64,000 bases of DNA, from the NCBI GenBank assembly GCA_963818475.1, contig CAWFSF010000001.1, forward strand, positions 160,001 to 224,000. The letters are read 5' to 3'. Each line of letters opens with the position of its first letter. Position 1 is the stretch's first letter. The position numbers and the translations under genes are program-made. Of this stretch, positions 1 to 11,684 are shown in pieces. Source of the stretch: Nitrospirota bacterium (GTDB lineage: Bacteria > Nitrospirota > UBA9217). Below the pieces are notes generated by a model. The model did no database searches, was not told the DNA's origin, and was given only the letters and a program-made list of their open reading frames with translations.

Positions 1-792
1 TTCAAGCTCATTCACGCTTCGCAGCAGATTCTCGTTGAACGAAGGTACTTTTTTTATTTCTTCTTCCGTGACCGGTGCATTTTCTTCCTCTTCCGGAAGA
101 TGGATAAATATGGAGAGATGGTCCTTTAACAGCTTCGATGCATGCGCAACAGCATCATCAGGACGGATACTTCCATCGGTCCAAACCTCGAGCACCAGCT
201 TATCGTAATCGGTCTCCTGGCCTACCCGGGCATTTTCCACCTTAAAATTGACTTTTCTGATCGGTGAAAAGATGGAATCGATCGGTATGACGCCAATGGA
301 TTGACCAGGCTCTTTATTCTTGTCAGATGATACATAGCCCCTGCCACGCCGGGCTCTCATTTCAACTTCAATCTTGCCGTTCTTATCGATCGTCGCAAGA
401 TGAAGCTCGGGATTCAGGATCTCGACCTCTGCATCGGCCTCGATATCCTTCGCCGTAACCTCTCCCGGGCCCTTTGCCTTGAGAGCGAGCGTCTTCGGTT
501 TATCCGTGTGCAACTTCAACCGCACTTCCTTCAGGTTGAGGATCAGATCTGTTGTGTCTTCCACAACACCAGGAATGCTGGAGAACTCATGCTGCACACC
601 GCTGATCTTCAGGGAGGTTATTGCTGACCCCTCCAGGGACGACAGGAGCACCCTTCGAAGAGAATTACCCAGCGTTGTTCCAAAACCGCGTTCCAGCGGT
701 TCGGCAGTAAATTTGCCATAGGTATCAGTGATCTTTTTGGGGTCATACTGAAGTTTCTTGGGCATTTGGAAATCTTTGGCTTTCTTAAGCAT
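1..792 (-). CDS. rpoA: RNA polymerase alpha subunit (3' part runs off window)
   Basis: Manual translation from ATG 792: MLKKAKDFQMPKKL...AEPLERGFGTTLGNSLRRVLLSSLEGSAIT; GGAGG SD; follows rpsD. Confidence 0.97.
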   Translation of the reverse strand, partial: MLKKAKDFQMPKKLQYDPKKITDTYGKFTAEPLERGFGTTLGNSLRRVLLSSLEGSAITSLKISGVQHEFSSIPGVVEDTTDLILNLKEVRLKLHTDKPKTLALKAKGPGEVTAKDIEADAEVEILNPELHLATIDKNGKIEVEMRARRGRGYVSSDKNKEPGQSIGVIPIDSIFSPIRKVNFKVENARVGQETDYDKLVLEVWTDGSIRPDDAVAHASKLLKDHLSIFIHLPEEEENAPVTEEEIKKVPSFNENLLRSVNELE

Positions 793-914
793 GCTTCCTC
801 CATAACGGAGTGAAAAAACTTTCATTAGGACTGCAGAGGACTATGACTATATTGCTATCTGGTATGAACCAGACCACCCCTGAGCCTTACCATTCTCAAT
901 TGAACGTGCGCTAA

Positions 915-1544
915 TTACTTTGAATAGAGCTCGACGACAAGCTGTTCCTTGACTGTTGGGAGCGTACACTCGTCACGGGCCGGCAAAGCCAGGACCTTGC
1001 CTTTGAACGCAGCTTTATCCATCTCAAGCCATGCTGGGAATCCGCGTTTTTCAATAGCAGCAAGAGTTTGCTGAATCTGTCCGATACTTCTACTCTTTTC
1101 ACGCAATTCTATCACGTCTCCCGCTTTCAGCAGGTACGACGGGATATTAACCTTTTTACCGTTCACCAGCATGTGTCCGTGACGTACCAACTGACGCGCT
1201 TCCTTTTTGGCACCGGCGAAGCCCATGCGCTGGACAACATTGTCTAGTCGTCTCTCCAGAAGCTGCAGAAGGTTGTCGCCCGTGATACCTTTCATCCGCT
1301 CGGCTTTTTCGAAATAACCGCGGAATTGTCCTTCAAGAACACCATAAACACGCTTGATCTTCTGTTTTTCCCTGAGCTGCAGGCTATACTCGGAATGTTT
1401 AATCCGCGCCTGGCCATGCTGCCCGGGCGGGTAACTTCTCCGCGTGATACCGCATTTATCTGTATAACAACGCTCAGCCTTCAGAAAGAGCTTCGTACCT
1501 TCCCGTCTGCAGAGTTTACAAACTGATCCAATATAGCGCGCCAC
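915..1544 (-). CDS. rpsD: 30S ribosomal protein S4
   Basis: [22 protein letters not shown]...LERRLDNVV; GTG start. Confidence 0.98.
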   Translation of the reverse strand: MARYIGSVCKLCRREGTKLFLKAERCYTDKCGITRRSYPPGQHGQARIKHSEYSLQLREKQKIKRVYGVLEGQFRGYFEKAERMKGITGDNLLQLLERRLDNVVQRMGFAGAKKEARQLVRHGHMLVNGKKVNIPSYLLKAGDVIELREKSRSIGQIQQTLAAIEKRGFPAWLEMDKAAFKGKVLALPARDECTLPTVKEQLVVELYSK

Positions 1545-1559
1545 GTGATTCCTCCTGTG

Positions 1560-1934
1560 TTAAACCCGTCTTCTTTTCGGCGGTCTGCATCCGTTATGTG
1601 GTATGGGCGTCACATCCTTGATTGCCACAATCTCCAGTCCTGCCGCCTGAATTGACCTGATCGCCGATTCCCGGCCGGTACCTGGACCTTTTACATAGAC
1701 TTCGACCTGTCGCATACCATGTTCCATTGCTTTTTTGGCCGCAGTCTCCGCTGCAAGCTGTGATGCAAATGGAGTGCTCTTTCGTGAGCCCTTAAAACCT
1801 TTATTTCCGGCACTGGACCATGAAAGCACATTACCAGCCGTATCCGTGATGGTCACGATCGTATTGTTGAACGATGCATGGATGTGGGCCACACCCATGG
1901 CCACATTTTTTCTTTCTTTGCCCTTCTTGGCCAT
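1560..1934 (-). CDS. rpsK: 30S ribosomal protein S11
   Basis: [40 protein letters not shown]. Confidence 0.98.
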   Translation of the reverse strand: MAKKGKERKNVAMGVAHIHASFNNTIVTITDTAGNVLSWSSAGNKGFKGSRKSTPFASQLAAETAAKKAMEHGMRQVEVYVKGPGTGRESAIRSIQAAGLEIVAIKDVTPIPHNGCRPPKRRRV

Positions 1935-2004
1935 CTATCCTCCTCAAGGCGTATCGGACTGGATGCACAAACAGGCATCAACAGTTCAAGACGCACATAC
2001 TGCT

Positions 2005-2391
2005 CTACTTTTTAGCTAAAGATTTCTTCTTGCCTGACATCGCGGATTTCTTTGGCCCCTTCCGGGTCCTTGCATTGGTCTTGGTCCGCTGACCTCGTGC
2101 CGGCAAGCCTTTGCGGTGCCTGAGGCCACGATAGCTGCCAACATCCATCAACCGTTTAATATGCATTGTCACATCTCTGCGGAGATCGCCCTCCACAACA
2201 TAATCACGGTCGAGAATGGTACGAATCTTCAGAACATCAGACTCCGCAAGATCTCCGCTCTTCATGGTCGGATCAATCCCGGTTTCAGCCAGAATCTTCT
2301 TGGCAGATGTCTTTCCTATTCCGAAAATATAGGTTAGGGCAACTTCGATTTTTTTGTCTTTTGGTAAATCTACTCCGGCAATTCGAGCCAC
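2005..2391 (-). CDS. rpsM: 30S ribosomal protein S13
   Basis: [10 protein letters not shown]...[26 protein letters not shown]. Confidence 0.98.
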   Translation of the reverse strand: MARIAGVDLPKDKKIEVALTYIFGIGKTSAKKILAETGIDPTMKSGDLAESDVLKIRTILDRDYVVEGDLRRDVTMHIKRLMDVGSYRGLRHRKGLPARGQRTKTNARTRKGPKKSAMSGKKKSLAKK

Positions 2392-2480
2392 ATTTCCTCC
2401 TCAATCGTGATGCCGCACCGTATCTTCCAAACCAATGGCAGGTAACGCACAGTCATCGCGATCCGCGTACTGCGTTCACA

Positions 2481-2594
2481 CTATCCCTGTCGCTGTTTAT
2501 GACGTGCATTTTCACAAATTACACGCACAATTCCTTTGCGGCGGATAACCTTGCATTTAGTACATATTTTTCGTACAGAAGAACGAACTTTCAT
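2481..2594 (-). CDS. rpmJ: 50S ribosomal protein L36 (zinc-binding type)
   Basis: Below ORF-track cutoff; manual translation [37 protein letters not shown]. Confidence 0.97.
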   Translation of the reverse strand: MKVRSSVRKICTKCKVIRRKGIVRVICENARHKQRQG

Positions 2595-2649
2595 AATGAC
2601 CTACTTCCATTCGCAATAGTAGTTATTTACACAACCCGTTTCCGGGACG

Positions 2650-2868
2650 TTACTTAAATCTATATGTTATCCTGCCTCTGGTGAGGTCATACGGTGTTAG
2701 TTCCACGGTAACCTTGTCACCCGGCAAAATCTTGATAAAGTGCATCCGCATCTTTCCTGATATATGCGCCAGAATCTTATGACCATTCTCCATCTCGACA
2801 CGAAACATGGCGTTCGGCAGTGTTTCTAGGACGGTTCCCTGGACTTCTATTGAATCTTCTTTCGCCAT
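2650..2868 (-). CDS. infA: Translation initiation factor IF-1
   Basis: [24 protein letters not shown]...[17 protein letters not shown]. Confidence 0.98.
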   Translation of the reverse strand: MAKEDSIEVQGTVLETLPNAMFRVEMENGHKILAHISGKMRMHFIKILPGDKVTVELTPYDLTRGRITYRFK

Positions 2869-2914
2869 AATATCTCAGTATCCTGCATCGAACCTGTCGA
2901 TGACCTTTGCACGT

Positions 2915-3661
2915 TTACCTGGTGAGTATCAGCGGTCCATCGGCCATGACGGCAATGGTATGCTCGAAATGTGCTGACAGCGAACCATCTGCCGTTACCG
3001 CTGTCCAGCCGTCCTCCTTAACCCTGGTAACGCAACCGCCGGCATTAACCATCGGCTCTATAGCCAGAACCATTCCGGCTCTAAGCCTTGGCCCGCCGCC
3101 CCGGTCACCGAAATTCGGAATCTGCGGATCTTCATGCAGATTTCTTCCGATACCATGACCGACAAACTCTCTTACTACCGAGAAACCATGCGCCTCAACA
3201 TGCGACTGGACGGCCGCTGAAATGTCATACAGTCTATTACCGGGTCTTGCTTCCGCAATACCCTTTAACAGCGATTCTTCCGTAACCTTGATCAGGCGCT
3301 CAGCCTCGTTCGTTATTGACCCCACAGGAACCGTTATTGCAGCATCGCCGTAAAATCCATCGACGACCGCACCAACGTCGATACTGATTATGTCTCCCTG
3401 CTTCAGCATGACCCCCTTGGAGGGAATGCCATGTACCACCTGTTCATTGACCGAAGTACAGAGGCTGCAGGGATAGCCGCGGTAACCCTTGAATGCAGGT
3501 TTTGCACCGGCATCTCTTATAAACTGTTCGGCGAAATCATCCAGTTCTTTGGTTGTTACGCCTTCCTGAACTTTGGTGCGAATTGTTTCCAGGACATTCG
3601 CCACGATCAGGCAGGCTTTGCGAATCTTTTCGATTTCCTGAAGGGACTTGAGAATCACCAT
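2915..3661 (-). CDS. map: Methionine aminopeptidase type I
   Basis: SVNEQVVHGIP, GHGIGRNLHEDP, AIEPMVN, SAHFEHT. Confidence 0.97.
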   Translation of the reverse strand: MVILKSLQEIEKIRKACLIVANVLETIRTKVQEGVTTKELDDFAEQFIRDAGAKPAFKGYRGYPCSLCTSVNEQVVHGIPSKGVMLKQGDIISIDVGAVVDGFYGDAAITVPVGSITNEAERLIKVTEESLLKGIAEARPGNRLYDISAAVQSHVEAHGFSVVREFVGHGIGRNLHEDPQIPNFGDRGGGPRLRAGMVLAIEPMVNAGGCVTRVKEDGWTAVTADGSLSAHFEHTIAVMADGPLILTR

Positions 3662-3676
3662 GAGTACAACCTATCC

Positions 3677-4975
3677 TCATCGTCTCCCTTTAACTGAAAC
3701 ACCCTTCAGAAATCCGCCATAGTGCCTCTGGATAAGATGGGACTCTATCTGAGACACCGTATCCAAGGCGACACCAATAACAATCAGTAGTGATGTCCCT
3801 CCGAAATAAAAGGGAACATTAAATGCTTTATAGAATATGTCAGGCAATACGCATACCGCTGCCAGGTATACCGCGCCGCCAAGGGTGATCCTGGTCAATA
3901 CGCGGTAAAGATAATCCGATGTCTTTTTCCCCGGGCGGATGCCCGGAATGAAACCACCGTACTTTTTCAAGTTTTCGGCAATGTCCACTGGGTTAAAGAC
4001 GATTGCTGTGTAAAAGAACGCGAAAAACACAATCATAACAACGTACACTGTCGTATACAGAAATCGCCCAGGTGCAAGCTGACCCGCAATATTCTTAATC
4101 CAACTGACTTCCGTAAAGCTGGCAATCGTTGCCGGGAACAGCAGTATGGACGATGCAAATATGGGCGGAATAACTCCGGCTGAATTGATCTTGAGCGGCA
4201 GATGGGTACTCTGTCCCTTGTAGATCTTTCGTCCGACCATGCGTTGCGCATACTGAACCGCAATTTTTCTCTGGCCCCGTTCCATGACAATGATCGCGGC
4301 AATGACCGTAACAATGATCACAAGAATTACTGCGATCATAAAATAGGGTATTTCACCGGAGGTTACCAACCCAAAGGTATTAATGACCGCCCTCGGGAAT
4401 CCAGCCACGATACCGGCGAAAATAATGAGTGATATCCCGTTCCCAATACCACGTTCAGTTATTTGCTCTCCCAGCCACATGATGAAAGTGGTTCCCGCGG
4501 TGAGCGTGATCATAGTAAGGATACGGAATGACCATCCTGTTGACTCTACAAATGCGCCGCCACCCATTTTCTCAATTCCCACTGCCATCCAGAAGGACTG
4601 AAATCCGGCAATGACCACCGTTCCGTAGCGGGTATACTCGGTGATCTTTTTGCGCCCTGATTCGCCTTCCTTCGCAAGCGCCTGCAAGCGAGGAATAACC
4701 ACCGTCAAAAGCTGCAGTACGATCGAGGCGGTAATGTACGGCATGATACCGAGCGCAAAAATTGTGACCTTGGAAAGGGCTCCACCGGAGAACATATCGA
4801 AGAAGCCCATTAAACCAGATGCAGCCTGGTGCAAATATTGGCTCAGTGCATCACCCCGTACTCCGGGGGTGGGAATATGCGCACCAATACGATACACCGC
4901 GAGCATGAGAAGCGTAAAGAATACGCGCTTTCTGAGCTCTGGAATATTAAATATGTTCTTAATGCCGGTGAACAA
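3677..4975 (-). CDS. secY: Preprotein translocase SecY
   Basis: [53 protein letters not shown]. Confidence 0.98.
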   Translation of the reverse strand: MFTGIKNIFNIPELRKRVFFTLLMLAVYRIGAHIPTPGVRGDALSQYLHQAASGLMGFFDMFSGGALSKVTIFALGIMPYITASIVLQLLTVVIPRLQALAKEGESGRKKITEYTRYGTVVIAGFQSFWMAVGIEKMGGGAFVESTGWSFRILTMITLTAGTTFIMWLGEQITERGIGNGISLIIFAGIVAGFPRAVINTFGLVTSGEIPYFMIAVILVIIVTVIAAIIVMERGQRKIAVQYAQRMVGRKIYKGQSTHLPLKINSAGVIPPIFASSILLFPATIASFTEVSWIKNIAGQLAPGRFLYTTVYVVMIVFFAFFYTAIVFNPVDIAENLKKYGGFIPGIRPGKKTSDYLYRVLTRITLGGAVYLAAVCVLPDIFYKAFNVPFYFGGTSLLIVIGVALDTVSQIESHLIQRHYGGFLKGVSVKGRR

Positions 4976-4978
4976 GGG

Positions 4979-5419
4979 TTATATTACCTCGGCCTTCCCG
5001 CCGGCGGCTACAATTTTTTCTACCGCTGTCTTGCTGAATTTATGAGCGCGAATCGTTACGCCCTTTTTCAACTCACCCATCCCAAGCACTTTGACCTCGG
5101 CTTTTATACTTTTGATAAGACCGTTCTGATGCATGGTCTCCGGGGTTATCGTTCCACCGGCACTCGCCGCATCAAGGTCGGTCAGGTTCACCACTGCATA
5201 CTCTTTCCTGAAGATATTCGTAAAACCACGCTTCGGGATACGACGTTGAAGCGGCATCTGACCGCCCTCAAACCCAGCCGGCTTTACTCCACCTGAGCGG
5301 GCCTTCTGTCCCTTGTGACCCTTGGTTGCAGTTTTGCCATGCCCGGAACCGACACCCCGGCCAACCCGCTTTTGATTCTTTTTTGCCCCTGGTTGAGGCT
5401 TAAGATCTTCTAATCGCAT
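4979..5419 (-). CDS. rplO: 50S ribosomal protein L15
   Basis: [31 protein letters not shown]. Confidence 0.98.
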   Translation of the reverse strand: MRLEDLKPQPGAKKNQKRVGRGVGSGHGKTATKGHKGQKARSGGVKPAGFEGGQMPLQRRIPKRGFTNIFRKEYAVVNLTDLDAASAGGTITPETMHQNGLIKSIKAEVKVLGMGELKKGVTIRAHKFSKTAVEKIVAAGGKAEVI

Positions 5420-5460
5420 AGTTTGTAATCCTATATCTGCAGTAACCTGATTTTTAAAAC

Positions 5461-5661
5461 CTAGTCCTTAACATCCTCAACCCGGAGCAGATGGTTAACT
5501 TTGTTGACCATCCCTCTGATTTCGGGAGTATCAAGTCTCACAACAGACTTGTTAAGCTTTCTCAGCCCCAGTCCGACAAGAACAACCTTGTGTTTCCCCG
5601 GCCGGGCAATACTGCTTCGCACTAATGTGATTTTTATTTTTTTGGCTTCATCCTTCGACAT
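5461..5661 (-). CDS. rpmD: 50S ribosomal protein L30
   Basis: Start re-placed at [18 protein letters not shown]; [23 protein letters not shown]. Confidence 0.95.
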   Translation of the reverse strand: MSKDEAKKIKITLVRSSIARPGKHKVVLVGLGLRKLNKSVVRLDTPEIRGMVNKVNHLLRVEDVKD

Positions 5662-5662
5662 C

Positions 5663-6172
5663 TTAGGCGAGCTCCTCCACGGATTTTCCCCGGAGAGCGG
5701 CAACCTGCGCCGCACTTCTGAGCCTGATCAATCCGTTAATTGTAGCACTGACAACGTTGTGCGGATTACTGGAACCCAGTGACTTGCACAACACGTTCCG
5801 CACACCAACAACCTCAAGCACTGATCGGCTTGCTCCGCCCGCGATCAACCCGGTACCTTCAGACGCAGGCTTCAGCAATACTTTTCCCGCCCCATAATGG
5901 CCAAGCACTTCATGGGGTATCGTGTCCCCCTTGAGTGATACAAGAACCATGTTCTTTTTTGCTCGCTCGACGGCTTTCTTGATGGCTACCGGCGCTTCGG
6001 CTGCCTTCCCTTTTCCAACGCCGATTTTGCCATTTCCGTCACCAACGACCACCAGTGCGCTGAAATTGAACCTCTTTCCGCCCTTGACCACTTTAGCGAC
6101 CCGGTTCAGGTAGACTAACTTATCCTTCAGGCCATCGCCGTCTTCTGCCTCTTTATTGTATCGCTCTGCCAA
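5663..6172 (-). CDS. rpsE: 30S ribosomal protein S5
   Basis: [23 protein letters not shown]; probable TTG start after GGAGG. Confidence 0.96.
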   Translation of the reverse strand: MAERYNKEAEDGDGLKDKLVYLNRVAKVVKGGKRFNFSALVVVGDGNGKIGVGKGKAAEAPVAIKKAVERAKKNMVLVSLKGDTIPHEVLGHYGAGKVLLKPASEGTGLIAGGASRSVLEVVGVRNVLCKSLGSSNPHNVVSATINGLIRLRSAAQVAALRGKSVEELA

Positions 6173-6199
6173 AGCTGCCTCCACAATACTGCCAGTTCA

Positions 6200-6568
6200 C
6201 TAAAAGTTTAATCCCTGCTCCCGCGCAGCATCTGCCAAGGCCTTGATGCAGCCATGATATTGATATCCGCCACGGTCAAAAACGACGTCTTTGATATTCT
6301 TGCTCAGAGCGCGCTGCGCAATGCTCGCACCAACCTTCTTCGCAGCCGCAATATTCCCGCAGTGCTTCAAACCGGTTTGTACATCTTTCTCGGTCGACGA
6401 TGCTGCTGCAACGGTCTTGCCGTCCGTATCGTCGATAAGCTGCACATAAATATGGCTGAGGCTCTTATAAACGCTCAACCGGGGCCTTGCAGTTGTGCCG
6501 TTTACACGTTTGCGGACTCGTTCATGTCTTCTCTGTCTGGCCTTTAGCTTGCTCTTTGCCACGTTCAC
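6200..6568 (-). CDS. rplR: 50S ribosomal protein L18
   Basis: [21 protein letters not shown]. Confidence 0.97.
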   Translation of the reverse strand: MNVAKSKLKARQRRHERVRKRVNGTTARPRLSVYKSLSHIYVQLIDDTDGKTVAAASSTEKDVQTGLKHCGNIAAAKKVGASIAQRALSKNIKDVVFDRGGYQYHGCIKALADAAREQGLNF

Positions 6569-6632
6569 TCTCCATCATGCTGATTGCGATACACCACTCA
6601 TGTGGCGCCGACCGCAATCAGAAATCGATTGA

Positions 6633-7181
6633 CTATTTTCCGCCCTTACCAGCCTTGCCTTCTTTACGCTTGATGACCTCGGTGCTATATTTAATGCCCT
6701 TGCCTTTGTACGGCTCAGGTTTCTTCAGGCTTCGCACATTTGCTGCGATCTGACCAACGAGCTGCCGGTCCACACCCTTGAGCGTGATTTGTGTTTGCTT
6801 CGGGTCAACGGTGGCCTTGATACCATTCGGCAACGCATACACGATGGGATGAGAAAAACCAAGTGTCAGCATTAGGTTCGAACCATGCACAGCTGCTTTA
6901 AAACCCACACCGGTTATCTCAAGCGTCTTTTCGAAGCCTTTGCTTACACCCACAACCATGTTGGCTAGCAGGTTTCTGGTCAGGCCATGCAGTTCCCGGT
7001 ATAGCTTCTGATCCGACGGACGCTCCACCGTAAGCGTATTGTTCTCTTTTTTGATTATCAGCTTTGGGTTAACTTCCTGGCTGATCTCGCCCAGGGGGCC
7101 TTTGACTGTGACCTTTCCGGTCTCCAGTTTTGCTTCAACCCCTGCTGGCATCTCTATCGGTTTTTTACCAACCCTAGACAT
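6633..7181 (-). CDS. rplF: 50S ribosomal protein L6
   Basis: MSRVGKKPI...PEPYKGKGIKY. Confidence 0.98.
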   Translation of the reverse strand: MSRVGKKPIEMPAGVEAKLETGKVTVKGPLGEISQEVNPKLIIKKENNTLTVERPSDQKLYRELHGLTRNLLANMVVGVSKGFEKTLEITGVGFKAAVHGSNLMLTLGFSHPIVYALPNGIKATVDPKQTQITLKGVDRQLVGQIAANVRSLKKPEPYKGKGIKYSTEVIKRKEGKAGKGGK

Positions 7182-7229
7182 AACAACTCCTCAAATTCTT
7201 GAATAGAACGGATTCACGTCACCGGGACA

Positions 7230-7625
7230 CTACCAAACGTGGCAAAGGACCTCACCACCGACATTGTCCTTTTGTGCCTGTTTACCAGTCTGAATGCCCT
7301 TCGGCGTAGACAGGATGGCAATCCCAAGCCCTCTTAAAACACGCGGAATTGCCTTACTGTTGGCATATACGCGACATCCTGGTTTGCTGATCCGCTTCAG
7401 TCCCGTGATTACCGGCAATTCCTCGTCCGAATACTTAAGATAAACCCGGATGACACCTTGCCTACGGTCTTTGACCAGTTTCAGATTTTTAATATAGCCT
7501 TCATCCTTAAGAATTTTCGCAACTTCCATCTTAAGTTTTGATGACGGAATGTCAACCTTCTCGTGCTTTGCTTTACTTGCGTTGCGGATTCGCGTTAGCA
7601 TATCCGCGATAGGATCGGTCATCAT
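7230..7625 (-). CDS. rpsH: 30S ribosomal protein S8
   Basis: [25 protein letters not shown]. Confidence 0.98.
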   Translation of the reverse strand: MMTDPIADMLTRIRNASKAKHEKVDIPSSKLKMEVAKILKDEGYIKNLKLVKDRRQGVIRVYLKYSDEELPVITGLKRISKPGCRVYANSKAIPRVLRGLGIAILSTPKGIQTGKQAQKDNVGGEVLCHVW

Positions 7626-7644
7626 CGGTTCAAACCCCTTCTGC

Positions 7645-7830
7645 TTACCAACTCGCCTTAATCACGCCCGGTATTTCACCCTTGAGCGCACCGTTTCTGA
7701 AACAAATGCGGCACATATCAAACTTCCGCAGATACCCTCTCGGTCGCCCGCACAGAGGACAGCGTGTATATGCCTGCACTTTAAATTTTGGCGGTCTGTT
7801 TGCCTTTGCTATCAAGGACTTCTTTGCCAT
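7645..7830 (-). CDS. rpsN: 30S ribosomal protein S14, zinc-binding (type Z) form
   Basis: Start re-placed at MAKKSLIAK (GGGAGG SD); CPLCGRPR...CRICFR; 61 aa. Confidence 0.96.
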   Translation of the reverse strand: MAKKSLIAKANRPPKFKVQAYTRCPLCGRPRGYLRKFDMCRICFRNGALKGEIPGVIKASW

Positions 7831-7858
7831 GTTTCCTCCCAGAGAACCTGTCTGAAGC

Positions 7859-8575
7859 CTACTTCCTGAACGGCATACCGAGGTGGCGAAGCAACGCCCT
7901 GCCCTCTTCATCAGTATTGGCCGTCGTTACAAAAACAATATCCATGCCGTGAACCGATTCAACTTTATCGTACTCTATTTCCGGGAATATAATCTGTTCC
8001 TTGATACCAAGGGTATAATTTCCCCGGCCGTCGAAGGACTTCGTCGGAACACCCTTGAAGTCACGGATACGGGGCAATGCCGCGCTGATAAAACGATCGA
8101 GGAACTCGAACATGTGTTCGCGGCGAAGCGTCACACTGCACCCGATCGGCATACCTTCTCGCAGCTTAAAAGCAGCGATCGACTTTTTTGCTTTCGTGAT
8201 TACAGGACGCTGGCCGGTAATTCGGCCCAGTTCATCAACTGCAAAGTCAAGAGCCTTGGCGTTCGCTATCGCTTCTCCCAAGCCCACATTAAGAACGATT
8301 TTAACCAGTTTCGGGGCCTGCATAGGATTCTTGTAGCTGAATTCCTTCATCAGCGCCGGAATAACGGTGTCCTTGTACTGTTTCTGCATCCTGGGCGGTT
8401 CCGTTTTTACTGAAGGGGCCTTGACAGCTCCGACCTCTGTGGTTGCAGCAGGTTTTGCGGCTTTTTTGGGTTCCTTAGCCGGTGCCTTGGTTTTTGCATC
8501 AGCTTTTGCGGTCTTCGGTGCCGCTTTCTGTCCGGTCGCCTTTGCTTCCTTGCTTTTATCTTTTTTATCTGCCAT
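7859..8575 (-). CDS. rplE: 50S ribosomal protein L5 with Lys/Ala/Pro-rich N-terminal extension
   Basis: Core [37 protein letters not shown] preceded by ~58 low-complexity residues. Confidence 0.96.
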   Translation of the reverse strand: MADKKDKSKEAKATGQKAAPKTAKADAKTKAPAKEPKKAAKPAATTEVGAVKAPSVKTEPPRMQKQYKDTVIPALMKEFSYKNPMQAPKLVKIVLNVGLGEAIANAKALDFAVDELGRITGQRPVITKAKKSIAAFKLREGMPIGCSVTLRREHMFEFLDRFISAALPRIRDFKGVPTKSFDGRGNYTLGIKEQIIFPEIEYDKVESVHGMDIVFVTTANTDEEGRALLRHLGMPFRK

Positions 8576-8642
8576 TGATCGCTTTCCCTATTTCGCCAGT
8601 CTTCCCTGATCACCCCTTGTCATCCGGGTGATTCGGCGCCTG

Positions 8643-8954
8643 CTAGCTCAGAGTTTCGTTGCAGTTTTTACAAACCCGGAGACGCGTGCCATCTTCCTGC
8701 GTCTTCCGTACAGCAGCTGTCGGCTTATCGCACTTCGAGCAGATCAACTTGACGTTCGACAGGGAGATGGGACCTTCCTTCTCCACAATGCCTCCCTGCC
8801 TCAGTTGCTGGGTCGGCCTTGTATGCCGCTTAATCATGTTCAGTTTCTCGATCAAGAGCCTGTTTTCTGCAGGGTATACGGCTATTACTCTGCCTTTTTT
8901 GCCCTTCTCCTTGCCGGAGATCACTAATACATTATCATTTTTCTTTATCTGCAT
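8643..8954 (-). CDS. rplX: 50S ribosomal protein L24
   Basis: IKKNDNVLVISGKEKGKKG, GGIVEKEGPISLSNV. Confidence 0.97.
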   Translation of the reverse strand: MQIKKNDNVLVISGKEKGKKGRVIAVYPAENRLLIEKLNMIKRHTRPTQQLRQGGIVEKEGPISLSNVKLICSKCDKPTAAVRKTQEDGTRLRVCKNCNETLS

Positions 8955-9005
8955 ATTCTTACGTCCTGGTTTCCTATCGGAGCGTTATTGGTCAGCAACA
9001 CCTAG

Positions 9006-9374
9006 TTACAGCACTTCCGGTGCCAATGAAATTATTTTCATAAAGTTCTTTTTCCGCAGTTCTCGCGCAACAGGACCGAAGATACGGGTGCCGATCGGTT
9101 CATTGCTTGCGTTGATCAGCACCGCTGCATTCCGGTCAAATTTTATGTACGATCCATCCGGTCGTCGCACTTCCTTGGTTGTCCGCACGACAACCGCTTT
9201 CGCGACAGTTCCCTTTTTTGCCTGCCCCTCAGGAATGGCCATCTTGATCGCCACGACTATAACATCACCAAGTGACGCGTACCGCTTGCGGGTCCCGCCA
9301 AGCACTTTGATGCACATTACTTTTTTTGCGCCGGAATTATCGGCGACGTCTAATACGGTCTGTTGCTGAATCAT
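9006..9374 (-). CDS. rplN: 50S ribosomal protein L14
   Basis: [17 protein letters not shown]...[12 protein letters not shown]. Confidence 0.98.
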   Translation of the reverse strand: MIQQQTVLDVADNSGAKKVMCIKVLGGTRKRYASLGDVIVVAIKMAIPEGQAKKGTVAKAVVVRTTKEVRRPDGSYIKFDRNAAVLINASNEPIGTRIFGPVARELRKKNFMKIISLAPEVL

Positions 9375-9412
9375 CTCTCATCCCCTAGCACAGGTAGTCG
9401 AATTACGGCTGA

Positions 9413-9670
9413 TTACTGGGCCTTTTCCACGATTTCAAGCACTTTCCAGCGTTTTTCCTTTGACAGCGGCCTGGTTTCAATGAAACGCACCACGTCGCCG
9501 ACCTTGCACTCATTTTTTTCATCATGAGCCTTGAACTTGGTCGTACGGCTGATCGTTTTCGTGTACTTCGTGTGCGCTACACGCCTCGACACCGCCAGAA
9601 CCACGGTCTTGTCCATTTTATCGCTGACCACACGACCGACATACGTTTTTCTTTTTTTAGACTCGCCCAT
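9413..9670 (-). CDS. rpsQ: 30S ribosomal protein S17
   Basis: [23 protein letters not shown]. Confidence 0.98.
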   Translation of the reverse strand: MGESKKRKTYVGRVVSDKMDKTVVLAVSRRVAHTKYTKTISRTTKFKAHDEKNECKVGDVVRFIETRPLSKEKRWKVLEIVEKAQ

Positions 9671-9857
9671 ATTTTTCCTTTAAGACCGTTTTTGCTCTTG
9701 CGATATCCTTGCGGAGTATCCGCAAACGCATCGGATTTTCTATCTGGCCCATTGCCTGTTGGAACCGCAGATTGAACATTTCTTTTTTCATATCCGTGGC
9801 TTTGGCCACCAGTTCTTCACTGGATAAATCTTTCATGTCGCGCAGACTGGATTTCAT
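9657..9857 (-). CDS. rpmC: 50S ribosomal protein L29
   Basis: [23 protein letters not shown]; position between rplP and rpsQ. Confidence 0.96.
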   Translation of the reverse strand: MKSSLRDMKDLSSEELVAKATDMKKEMFNLRFQQAMGQIENPMRLRILRKDIARAKTVLKEKYGRV

Positions 9858-10270
9858 ATTGCAGCCTCCCGAGAGACAAACTTGGTAGCAATCGGCAACT
9901 TGTATGCTGCAAGCCTGAACGCCTCTCGTGCTACCGACTCGTCGACACCACCCATTTCGTAAAGCACCCGACCGGGCTTCACAACCGCTACCCAGTATTC
10001 AGGCGCTCCCTTGCCTTTGCCCATACGTGTTTCTGCAGGCTTCTTCGTAATAGGTTTGTCCGGGAATATGCGTATCCATATTTTGCCTCCCCGCTTGACA
10101 TAGCGGGTCATGGCGATACGGGCAGCTTCAATTTGCCGGCTCGTGATCCAGCCTGGCTCAAGGACCTTCAATCCGAACTCCCCGTAGCTGACCTCGGCTC
10201 CGCGATAGGCAGTTCCGGTCATCCGGCCCTTCATCATTTTTCTATGTTTTACTCTTTTCGGCGCTAGCAT
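9854..10270 (-). CDS. rplP: 50S ribosomal protein L16
   Basis: [25 protein letters not shown]. Confidence 0.98.
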   Translation of the reverse strand: MLAPKRVKHRKMMKGRMTGTAYRGAEVSYGEFGLKVLEPGWITSRQIEAARIAMTRYVKRGGKIWIRIFPDKPITKKPAETRMGKGKGAPEYWVAVVKPGRVLYEMGGVDESVAREAFRLAAYKLPIATKFVSREAAI

Positions 10271-10318
10271 AATCGCATTCCTTTACGACTGTCATAGTAT
10301 TGCTAATATGTCAAAGTG

Positions 10319-10963
10319 TTACGCAGTCGCCTTCGACGGCTGCAGCACATCACCTTTATAGATCCATACCTTCACGCCGATTTGTCCCATCGTCGTTTTT
10401 GCTTCAAAGAAACCGTACTGGATGTCGGCCCTCAGCGTATGGAGCGGCACACGACCCTCACGGTACCATTCGGTTCTGGCGATTTCACCGCCAGCCAATC
10501 TTCCGGCACACATGATTTTAATGCCCTGAGCGCCCAAACGGAGAGCTGAGGTCACGGACTTTTTCATTGCCCGACGAAAAGCAATACGACGTTCCAGCTG
10601 AAGAGCGATATTCTCCGCCACCAGCTGGGCATCCAGTTCCGGCCGTCTGATCTCTTGGATATTGATATACATCTGCTTACCGGTCATGCTTTCGAGGTCT
10701 TTTTTCAGCTTGTCGACCTCGGCGCCTTTTTTCCCGATAATGATACCGGGCCGGGCCGTATGGATATTTATCTTGGCCTTCTGGCCGGCCCGTTCAATCT
10801 CGACTTTGGAAACGCCTGCATGCATCAGACGTTCCTTCACGATCTTGCGGATCTTGATATCCTCATGCAGGAGCGCTGCATAATTCTTTTGCGAGAACCA
10901 GCGGGAATCCCATGTCTTGATGACCCCGAGCCGGAAACCGATCGGATGTACCTTCTGTCCCAT
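10319..10963 (-). CDS. rpsC: 30S ribosomal protein S3
   Basis: [25 protein letters not shown]. Confidence 0.98.
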   Translation of the reverse strand: MGQKVHPIGFRLGVIKTWDSRWFSQKNYAALLHEDIKIRKIVKERLMHAGVSKVEIERAGQKAKINIHTARPGIIIGKKGAEVDKLKKDLESMTGKQMYINIQEIRRPELDAQLVAENIALQLERRIAFRRAMKKSVTSALRLGAQGIKIMCAGRLAGGEIARTEWYREGRVPLHTLRADIQYGFFEAKTTMGQIGVKVWIYKGDVLQPSKATA

Positions 10964-10982
10964 TATGCCTCCACCGTAAACA

Positions 10983-11312
10983 CTATGCTGAGAGCACCAG
11001 CGTGATATGGCTGGTCCTCTTTTTTATCTGGTTTGCCCTGCCCATGGCACGCGCCCTGATCCGCTTCATCGTGACGCCCTGATTTACGTACGCCTTGGTC
11101 ACCATGAGAGAATCGACATCTCCCACCTTCTTCTGTTCGGCATTTGCTACCGCAGAATCGAGAAGCTTCTTTACGACCCGTGCTGCGTGAAGCGGGGTAA
11201 AGGTGAGGATATTTATTGCGTCACCCACCATCTTGCCGCGGATGAGGTCAATGACCTGCCTCGCCTTACGCGGAGTGATTCGTATATGTCTGATCGTTGC
11301 GCTTGCTTCCAT
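10983..11312 (-). CDS. rplV: 50S ribosomal protein L22
   Basis: [33 protein letters not shown]. Confidence 0.98.
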   Translation of the reverse strand: MEASATIRHIRITPRKARQVIDLIRGKMVGDAINILTFTPLHAARVVKKLLDSAVANAEQKKVGDVDSLMVTKAYVNQGVTMKRIRARAMGRANQIKKRTSHITLVLSA

Positions 11313-11345
11313 CTTCGTATCCTCGCTCTAGTTCACAAAACTGGA

Positions 11346-11642
11346 CTACTTGGGTGCGCTCGTCTTTTCCGCGGTCTTTGCCTTAGACCCGCCATGCGCC
11401 TTGAAGGTCCGGGTCGGGGAAAACTCGCCCAGTTTATGTCCTACCATATTCTCGGTGACATAGACCGGAATGAATTTTTTTCCATTGTGCACAGCCATGG
11501 TGTGTCCCACGAAGTCCGGCGTAATGGTTGACCGCCTGGACCATGTCTTCACGATCTTTTTATCTCCCGATGTGTTCATGGTCTCGACTTTCTTCATGAG
11601 ACTCGTGTCCACAAAAGGACCTTTTTTAACTGATCTGGGCAC
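11346..11642 (-). CDS. rpsS: 30S ribosomal protein S19
   Basis: [25 protein letters not shown]. Confidence 0.98.
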   Translation of the reverse strand: MPRSVKKGPFVDTSLMKKVETMNTSGDKKIVKTWSRRSTITPDFVGHTMAVHNGKKFIPVYVTENMVGHKLGEFSPTRTFKAHGGSKAKTAEKTSAPK

Positions 11643-11684
11643 CGTATCCTCCGCTGCTACCTATCACAAGATTGCGGATTCCCG

